This document shows, one piece after another, positions 55,501-64,000 of a stretch of 64,000 nucleotides of DNA. Source of the stretch: Chrysomallon squamiferum (Eukaryota > Animalia > Mollusca); contig CM022670.1 in the NCBI GenBank assembly GCA_012295275.1, positions 2,232,001 through 2,296,000 of the forward strand, in the 5' to 3' direction. A program made the translations under genes and the position numbers. Each line of letters opens with the position of its first letter. Within the stretch, counting starts at the first letter, position 1. Under the pieces are notes generated by a model, which worked only from the letters and a program-made list of their open reading frames with translations, was not told the DNA's origin and did no database searches.

Positions 55501-57526
55501 AAATAATCTGAATCACTATAGAGAACCTGACAGGCTTCATAAAAATTAACATACAACTTAGTTTTACTTTTTTATTCATCATCATTATGCACTAGGAAGA
55601 CATTTATAGGTTCGGTTATGCCAATATATGCATTAAAACAATGCAGACCTGATTATTACTTAATATATATATATATATACATTTTAAGCAAACAGACACT
55701 TATTTTAGACACATTTTTAAATTATATATTTTACAACTCTGCTAGTTGATGGTATAAACATAAATGTAAAAGATTGTTTTCTTCTTCTTCTTAGTCAAAA
55801 TTGCAGAAGATTTAAAAAAAAAAAAAAATTAGAAATAATTTCTGTTGCTCATAAAACACATCAACATAATCACATTAAGTAATTTCTGGGTACCTTTCAT
55901 GAAAATACATAAATAAGTAGTCTTCTTCAGGGTATCATTAAACTGTGATCAATGGTTTTAATTTCATAACAATTTATAACTTAAACTGTAACAAGAGAAA
56001 TAAACAGGTAAGATTGTATACAAACATGGCCTAACTGCTCTCTTTTAATTGTTTAACATTTTTAATTAATATATAATCAATTGAGGGTTATTCTGAAATT
56101 TGATTTAGATTTTTTGACTTATTTTAAATAGAAGAAAACTGCACTGAATGACATTCAGATATTTTCTTTCCACATTCTGTTGTACTGAAATTACATCGAC
56201 TTTTTGTAACAGTAAATGCAACAATGACATAACATTATTTCTGCAGTAATTATTTTCTTCTTTTTCTTTTTAAAAATCCAAAACCAAACCAAAACAAAAC
56301 AACAGCAAAACATATCAATCATTAAAAACATCTGACATCTTACCAAAAAAAAAAAATTGTTTCCTGTCTTAAAGAAAATGTTTAAAAAAAATAAAAATAA
56401 TAATAACAAAGAATAAAATGAGAAAAATTACAGAAATTAAAAATTTTTCAAGTATATTTCTTTCAGTTTATGAAAAATAATAACAATGACAAAGTTAAAT
56501 TTTAAATAAATTAATAAATTTAAGAATAATTTTAAAATTCTTGTAATCTAGCTAGTCTTGGCTCAAGTATAATTAAATACTCTTGGCATCAGATTTCATT
56601 TTATAATCATTTAGTATCAACTGTGCATTTTAAATTTCAAATTTATTAAAAAAAATATATATCTTTTTTTTTTTCATTTTCCATGCATTTAGCTAAGTAT
56701 TTAACTGCATTTATTATTGAGTTTAAAAACTCTGCTTAAAATAACCAGACTTTGTCAACTTTGTCCTGAATGATTACTTACATGGATAATAAAACAGTTA
56801 TTAGTGCTTACAGTTCTGGTGCAGAAAATATTTTAAATGGCCATATTAAATACTCTGAGCCAGAACTAACTGAGATATGAGAGATACACTGATTTCTTTC
56901 CCACCCTTTTCTTAAACTAACCAGTATTTTCATGGAAAGCTCATAGTTTCATAGCTTTGACTTGATGTTATGAAACTAGGTTCCTACAATGTGTTCACAG
57001 TAATTCGTTAACATTAACATGGCAATATTATCAAAAGAACCAGACTGTCCAAAAGCCATGTTCTTTGACAAGGTAGTGCTAACTTTTTCTTATAATGCCA
57101 AATGCTAAAAGCAGGGACTGATCCATTTTTTTATTTTTTTTCTAAATCTTTATATAGGGAGGGGAAAACATAATCCTCAATCTCAAGATATTTACCAGAA
57201 AAAACACACCAAAGTCCATAATAAGAAGCCTTCTTCAATGAGATACATCTGAAATATGTGTCCATAATAACAAATTGATTAATTCACTTATAAACAAATG
57301 GATTAAAAACAAGCTTCTGAATTCAGTAAACTCTTTTCTGAACATGGTATTAAAGAGAGGTCAAATTATCAAATGGATGTCAGTCATTAAATATAATTTA
57401 ACAAGTTACCAGCACTTAAACTGTAATTTTTATAATAAAGTTCAAACATAAATAGGACGAGATTCTCCATTATTTTTCTGTTCGGTGACTTGATGTCTGT
57501 CTTTTCAACATGATATATAAACCTGA

Positions 57527-57620
57527 GTGACAATATTAAAAGTTTAATCTTCTGGACAGTTTCCTGTTGCAATGTGACAATATTAAAAGTTTAATTTTCT
57601 GGACTGTTTCCTGTTCCAAC
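57527..57620. repeat. 47-bp tandem duplication
   Basis: gtgacaatattaaaagtttaat.ttctggac.gtttcctgtt.caa at 57527 and 57574. Confidence 0.9.
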
Positions 57621-57815
57621 TGATGCTGTTACAACTAAGTTATTAATGGCTTTAGTATGTAGTTTCCAGTGAGGTGGAAAGTAAGTGTATATAATTATGT
57701 TTGTGTATTTATGCATGTAAATATTTCCTTCATAATGACAGACTATGGAGTTGTAATAGTTGTAGGTTTCCTCTTGTATTTATACGAAAAAATAAAATAA
57801 AATAAAATAAATAAA

Positions 57816-57846
<31 letters not shown>

Positions 57847-59442
57847 AACAGGTTTAGGAATTGTTAACATTAAAATATGTTATGGTGTTATATATTAACT
57901 CATTCATTAGATGTGAACACGGTACTTTCCACATTCATATTACTAAATAACACAGTAAATTAAGTAAATTGCTGTAAAGTCACAGGTTGCAATAACTCAG
58001 AAAGGTGACAGGTTGTTAAACAGTGATAAAAACAAATATCATTAGATGCAAAACTCAGTAAATCACAATAACATACAAATGAATGCCACATAAATTAAGT
58101 ATTCGTTACAACAGTTCAAAAATAACACCTCTTATTTTCACATCACTGTAATTCTGTTTATCTTCCGTCAAAGTATAAAATAGCAATTAACAAGTTCTTT
58201 GGAAACATGCACCCAGGAGAGATGAAGCTGATTAACCAGTCTTTACCATGAGCTCGTGGTAAGCAATATGTGAAATAGCAGATTATACGAAAAACATGGA
58301 TATCATTATTGATCATGCATGAGAACAGATTGTATAAGAAATAACTTGCAAGTGAGACTAAAAGTATTGATTGTTTAAGCCACCAACTTTATTCATCAGT
58401 GGACATAATGACTCATCCAAGGTCATATATCAATAGGTACAGAGGTAGTAATTGTTTTCGTGATGATTATTGAAGTAGAAATTTGGCAACTCAAAGGTGA
58501 AAAAAAAAAAAAAAAAATGTTGTTAACATTATTTATTTTGTTCTTTTTTTTATAATATAAAATGTGATATACAGTATTCATTTTTTTAAATTATTATTTT
58601 AGTGTTATTATTATTAGTTGTAGTTATAGTAGTAATTAAACTAGTAGTTTCCTATTTAATATTTTACTTTATGTTTTCTGTTTTGTCAGATTAATATACC
58701 AAAAATATCAACACTATCATTTATAAACAGTTGGGTGTGTGTGTGTGTGTGTGTGTCCCTTGTATTCATGAGAAAACTGCAATAACTTACTAAGAGTTTT
58801 TATTTTATTACACCTATTTTTAAGTTCAAAAACTATGGTGACTTAATTACATAAAATATAAATATTAAACTGTAGCCTAAATGGCTGAAAACCTTTACTA
58901 ACACACTAATTAATTTGTGCTATGTCAGGACAATAACAAAAATGTTATTTGCAGTAAGATTTTACCATGTACTTAATTTCATTTTTTTTTTCTTGTTTTA
59001 AGTAATAAAGAATATGCTATATAGTAGTAAATATTAGATTATTTTATTATTATTATTTTTATCAGTAGTAGAAGTAGTAGTACCAGTATGGAAAAAAACA
59101 GACTGCTTGTGACAGACTATACTGACATTATTACTGATACAATATACTTGAGAATGAATCAAATGTAATTTAGTATAGCAAATGTGAAAATACTGTACAA
59201 TGTGACACCATCCTGTACAAAGAGACACCAAATGCATTAATGAATATCTTCTTTAGAAAGAAACATTAACATTTTGGAATAAATAGTTCTTAATAAACTG
59301 ACTTTTGTAAGTATTTAGTGCCAAACTTGTGATGTTGTCAGTAGTGATTGTCAAAAGAAAAACATCAGTTAAAGCCACTGACTTTTGTTTTAAGATTCAT
59401 TAAATTTAAATGGGGACTAAATTGCTTGTCACTGTAAAACTG

Positions 59443-59508
59443 TGAAATACAATGTATTAAATCAATGAAATACAATGTATTAAATCAATGAAATACAATG
59501 TATTAAAT
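59443..59508. repeat. 23-bp tandem repeat, ~3 copies
   Basis: TGAAATACAATGTATTAAATCAA starting at 59443, 59466 and 59489. Confidence 0.9.
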
Positions 59509-59998
59509 GTTCCACAAATAGTTTTTATTAGTTTCAGAAATACTTCTTTTTATAGTACATATTAAAAAACATTCAACTTTTTTTTTTTTTTTTTCGAACA
59601 CTGTTCCACAATTTTTATTTTTATTTTTAGAATATTGTTCCACAAATACCCAATAAACTCTATTATTAATAAGGACAAATTTCTACAATAGCTTCTTTGC
59701 ATTATTCTAGAAATAATTTCTATTTATAAGGACTGAATGGATTACACAGAGCTGATAATTTTGATGCCATACTTAGTAACAGCTTTCCCATAAGGTGCTA
59801 AAATTATAGGCCTTGTCATTCATCTTATTTTGTAAAAGGATTTGTACAATCTAAATAAATTATTTTATAATAGTTAACTATTTCTGTAAGGCATGACACA
59901 TAAGCATATACAGAACAATAAACTAGGTGAATTAATAATTGGACAAAAGAGAGTGAATTACAAATTATGAAAACAAATTATCCAAATATTATTTTAAA

Positions 59999-59999
<1 letters not shown>

Positions 60000-60046
<47 letters not shown>

Positions 60047-60064
60047 TGCACGCATACACACACA
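60000..60064. repeat. (CA)n microsatellite
   Basis: Read directly. Confidence 0.92.
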
Positions 60065-60286
60065 TAAAAAAAAAATTAAATAAATAATAGAAGAACTCAA
60101 CCAAGTACTTTTGTATAAATTAAGTCCATTAATAAATAAAAAGATGTATAATTCAAACTTGTTGTGCTTGCTAATTCTATGATAAAGAATTAATGAGTTA
60201 AAATAAAAAAATAAAATTTAAATTGTATATAAATACTTTATCAAACCAGTTCCAATTCTCTTCTTTATTAGCTTTTTTTTATTTTT

Positions 60287-60323
<37 letters not shown>

Positions 60324-61040
60324 CGAGAAAAAAAAAAAAATTAAAATCTCTAAAACAATCATGAATTTCCTTCAGGCTAAACAGACATTTTGACATTTAA
60401 AATAATTCATCCTCTTAAAGATTTACACAACAGAAAAATCTATATTTTTTTTTTTTTTTTTTTTTACTTAATATCTTAATTGAGATTTGAACCATCAAGA
60501 CATGAGTCAGAGTGTGAATATTCATGAAGTCAGCACGGAAGAAAGATTACTGACAGAATGAATGCAAGGAAATGAGTTCTAAACTAACATGTAATTTCCC
60601 TTTACTTTTTTTTCCCCTCATCAAATGAAAATGAGTTATGTTAATGTACTCCCTAGTTTCACTAATGTGTATACTATACTCTTTACTTCTCACGAGCTAT
60701 AAAAATAATCTGTTTTATAAACAAAACACTCAGCATCTCCTGAAACTACTGTAAAAACTGTAGTCTTACTGTACATAACATTACTGCATCATGGACATAC
60801 ATATAAATAAAACACCCATTTATAGCTACACATATTATATTTAACATATCACCTTGATACTTTTATTATCAGTTTGTGGTAGTCATAATGCAACATTATT
60901 TCAAGTTAATCAATGTTCTTTTAAAAAAAAGTATTTTAATATACACATCATATGCACCTCAATGTCTTTATTCTGCCCATATTAGATTTTTTTTTCATTA
61001 TAAAGCACAGCCAACATTTCAAAGTTGAATGTCTTCATAC

Positions 61041-62756
61041 TTAAACCTGACTTGTGCTTGTACTGTGCTGGTCATGGTTTTCACTCTCAGCAACATGCAG
61101 TTTTCTGCATGACAGTTTCTGCTTAATGTTCGCCCACAACTGATTAACTGCTTTATGGATGATGCTGTCCATGCAGATTATGATTTGTGGGTAAATTATA
61201 GTCTGGATGGCAGACAGTGCCATGGTGCATGTTGATATATTGACATAGGCATTAGTTAGTACATGATATCGCAGCACTTCAGTCAAAAACAAGGGCAACA
61301 TACACAAGCAGAAGGTCGCTGATAAAAGACAGGACAGTTTAACAAATGCTTCGTTCTGATCGTCTGAAGATTGATCGTGTTCTGAGCTGTGGGTGCTTTC
61401 TTTCTCCTCTTCTGCGTGAGTTTCTTCTGTCAGATTTGGCAGTTTGAATGTCAGTATTGGCTTCTCCGATTCATCATCATCATTGTCTGTGGTTTCATCT
61501 TCCTTTTCTTGTCCTTCATCATCAGAGACTGTGATCACAGGCAGCACGGGTCTTGTTTCATTTCTGAAATCACATTTCTGCGATCTCTCGTCAAGCTTCA
61601 AGGCTGGGGGGATCAAAGGGGCACGAACTATTGGTTTTGGTGATTCTTTTTTGGACACATCTGTATCTGACTGAAATGGAGCTTTTCCACTGAATATTTT
61701 AGGGTTTTCCAGTTGTGCCTGTAATGCAGAAATGTCAACTGAAAATTTTCGTATGTAAGTGTATTTTTTAGCTTTTTCTGCAGGGTCCATTAAGTTTGTG
61801 CTAGAATCACCTATTTGACAGATGGTGTGACGTCTTCGGCCCAGAATCTGAGCCATATTCACACCAAGCATGTTTTTATTTTTTGAAGGCAAAGGAAGCT
61901 CTTCAACAGGTGATGGGTTTTCACTGTTATCTCCCTTGCCTGAAGGTGTGTCTGTGTTGACAGAAAGGAGAGGAAGCGGACAGCCTCCCTGTGCAGACGG
62001 TGTCTCAGATTCATCATCCGTAACATCTGTCTCACCTATCAATACCTGAGGAATGGCATTTTTTGATTCGCTGCTGCTGTGAAAGCTGTCGTCATGACTT
62101 TTGTGCTTTGATACTGCAACAGTGATTACCACTATCATTGTAACTAAAACCACAAGCATCATTAATCCAATCATAACAGCTTTGAAGCAGAATGATACTT
62201 TATTCATTACTGGAAAGTAGTCATGCAAACCTTCTTCATGAACGGTTGCTGTCGATACATACACAGACACAGCAATGAGACCAAGAAATAACGAGACAAG
62301 ACAACCAACCGTCGGCCAAATCTTTTTACACTTCTTGCCAAATTTGTCACACAAACACAAGATATTTTTCAATAACACAAAAACAACAGTGGATGAAATT
62401 ACCATTATGAGAAACACATAGATTCCGTGAATCATCACTTTGTAGTCCTGGGTGACATTTTCATTAGCGTGATGGTAATACAGCAGATGAATTATCTCCA
62501 GAGGTGCCCACAGAAGATCAAATGCTAAACAAGCAGCAAGAAGTGTTAAAATGATTGCATAACTTGGTTTTTCTATTACTTTACCTGTCACAATGGTAAA
62601 GGTTACTGCCAAGCTTCCAACACCTCCAGCCAGTGCTGACAGCAAAAGGGTAGTTGCTGACAGCACCATGGAATAAGCCTGTAGACGGTTTCCCTCTTCG
62701 AGATTTGTTGCATTCACCAATTCATTTAAAAACATCCTGCTCTGATTACTTGCCAT
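61041..62756 (-). CDS. Single-exon, divergent rhodopsin-like (class A) 7TM receptor, orphan, 571 aa, with a ~260-aa third intracellular loop
   Basis: Uninterrupted ORF from ATG 62756 (MASNQS) to TAA 61043-61041. N-terminal glycosylation sequons NQS and NAT. Five hydrophobic helices, a long acidic/Ser/Pro loop, then two more helices. Degenerate class A motifs: GxxGSLAV (GN-like), LA...D...P, FCLCMLP (CWxP-like), IIYPQII (NPxxY-like) and a helix-8-like segment. Confidence 0.85.
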   Translation of the reverse strand: MASNQSRMFLNELVNATNLEEGNRLQAYSMVLSATTLLLSALAGGVGSLAVTFTIVTGKVIEKPSYAIILTLLAACLAFDLLWAPLEIIHLLYYHHANENVTQDYKVMIHGIYVFLIMVISSTVVFVLLKNILCLCDKFGKKCKKIWPTVGCLVSLFLGLIAVSVYVSTATVHEEGLHDYFPVMNKVSFCFKAVMIGLMMLVVLVTMIVVITVAVSKHKSHDDSFHSSSESKNAIPQVLIGETDVTDDESETPSAQGGCPLPLLSVNTDTPSGKGDNSENPSPVEELPLPSKNKNMLGVNMAQILGRRRHTICQIGDSSTNLMDPAEKAKKYTYIRKFSVDISALQAQLENPKIFSGKAPFQSDTDVSKKESPKPIVRAPLIPPALKLDERSQKCDFRNETRPVLPVITVSDDEGQEKEDETTDNDDDESEKPILTFKLPNLTEETHAEEEKESTHSSEHDQSSDDQNEAFVKLSCLLSATFCLCMLPLFLTEVLRYHVLTNAYVNISTCTMALSAIQTIIYPQIIICMDSIIHKAVNQLWANIKQKLSCRKLHVAESENHDQHSTSTSQV

Positions 62757-63372
62757 GAAGAATGGTTTGTGTGTGCGTGTGTGTTTTCCCTTTAACACTG
62801 AACAATAATCAATATATCCAGATAGAAAAATGAAATATTTCTTTTAAACAGATTACTCTCTCACAGGGTTTTTCACATCTCAGTGACAAAATAATTCAGC
62901 CATTTATGGCAAAGAGTTGTTTTTTCTAAAATAACAATCATTTTTAATGGCTAAACAAGTAGTTTTTGTTTACATCTTTCTTATTCTTCTTTCTTTCCTT
63001 TTCTTTTAAAGTAAAAGTAAAAATAATTAATTAATAAAATGCACAATGGACAAACCAAAAATAGTTACCTTTTGGGTTTTTTACCACTGCAGTGAGTGTC
63101 CTATTTTTATTTATTTTTTAAAACACAGAATGTTGATGACATCTGTTACATCTCAGCCAATATTAATTTTACTCCAGTATTACACCGAAATTTGTTTTAA
63201 TTTCCATTACAAGCAAACATTAGCAAAGCTGTGATTAGAATGAAAAAACCTGTTCATTACATTTTGAAACACCAGATTTCTGCAAGTATCACATTTCTAT
63301 AAATTTAATTTCTAATAAAATGAATTCTTTTTTCTCTGATTACTGGCACATTCAGCAATAACTGTCATAAAT

Positions 63373-63414
<42 letters not shown>

Positions 63415-64000
63415 TTCTTTACACAGTATTAACTATCAACAATAAAAAACATTAAACATGATATTTTTTAAATATTCCTCAAAATTCAGATCACGTGAGA
63501 ATTATCCTCTGTTATACGAATCAGCAACAGATACACCTGTCAGGTCCAGTAGCAGAATCAGCTATGACACAGAGTTAGATACAACAACACAGACCTCACA
63601 CACTTACTGTCTGCAGATTTTTTTTTTTTAGTTATTATTTCTCACTCAGTCATAAAACTGTGTCACATATATTTCAGCTTCTTGTCATTTCCACTGACAC
63701 AATAGGACTGGAAGCCAGAGTCTTTCCTTGATAATTGTTTCCTCTCTGTGTCTGACTGCTTAATCACAGAGTTTAGTCAAATCAGATAACTGTCACTTCT
63801 CACAGCAAAACAAGTTTGTTCTCACCTAGGCAGAAAAACAAGTTAATTATCACCTTCACATCTCATGTAGTAGTAAATAAGTTCAGCTTCTCTCTGTGTT
63901 TGAAATAACTTGTCCACATATGAGTTGTCACCACTAACATTATTTTTCTTGTTTCTTCTTAGATTTTTTTTTTTTTTTTTCCCCTAATATTTCTTCCAGT

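Noticed and set aside
61389-61674. Two plus-strand ORFs inside the receptor gene
   Set aside because: Antisense shadow ORFs with no independent support.
62757-62798. GTG start giving the 585-aa version
   Set aside because: Non-ATG start in a eukaryote, overlapping a CA-rich stretch; ATG 62756 is the plausible start.

Overview
AT-rich, microsatellite-rich animal genomic DNA; a mollusc-like invertebrate is inferred from sequence style only. The minus strand carries the last five coding exons of cytosolic arginyl-tRNA synthetase (RARS1) at 16252-16357, 8421-8534, 5140-5198, 2868-3115 and 201-310, all with canonical GT-AG sites and compatible phases. I found no further RARS1 exon in 16358-64000, so the rest of the window appears to be one intron of more than 47 kb. 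That interval contains an intronless 571-aa divergent class-A-like 7TM receptor ORF (61041-62756) on the same strand as RARS1. Other intronic content: (1) a 2.8-kb internally deleted Sola2-type DNA transposon (8748-11543) with ~610-bp TIRs, a TATT target-site duplication and a decayed transposase whose N-terminus resembles the Cys-rich N-terminus of ARL14EP; (2) a pogo/Tigger transposase fossil; (3) a 39-bp minisatellite with higher-order duplications and a 776-codon stop-free frame; (4) a duplicated hairpin-rich 193-bp block; (5) a decayed tRNA-derived SINE head; (6) many simple repeats. No CRISPR array, rRNA or intact tRNA was seen.
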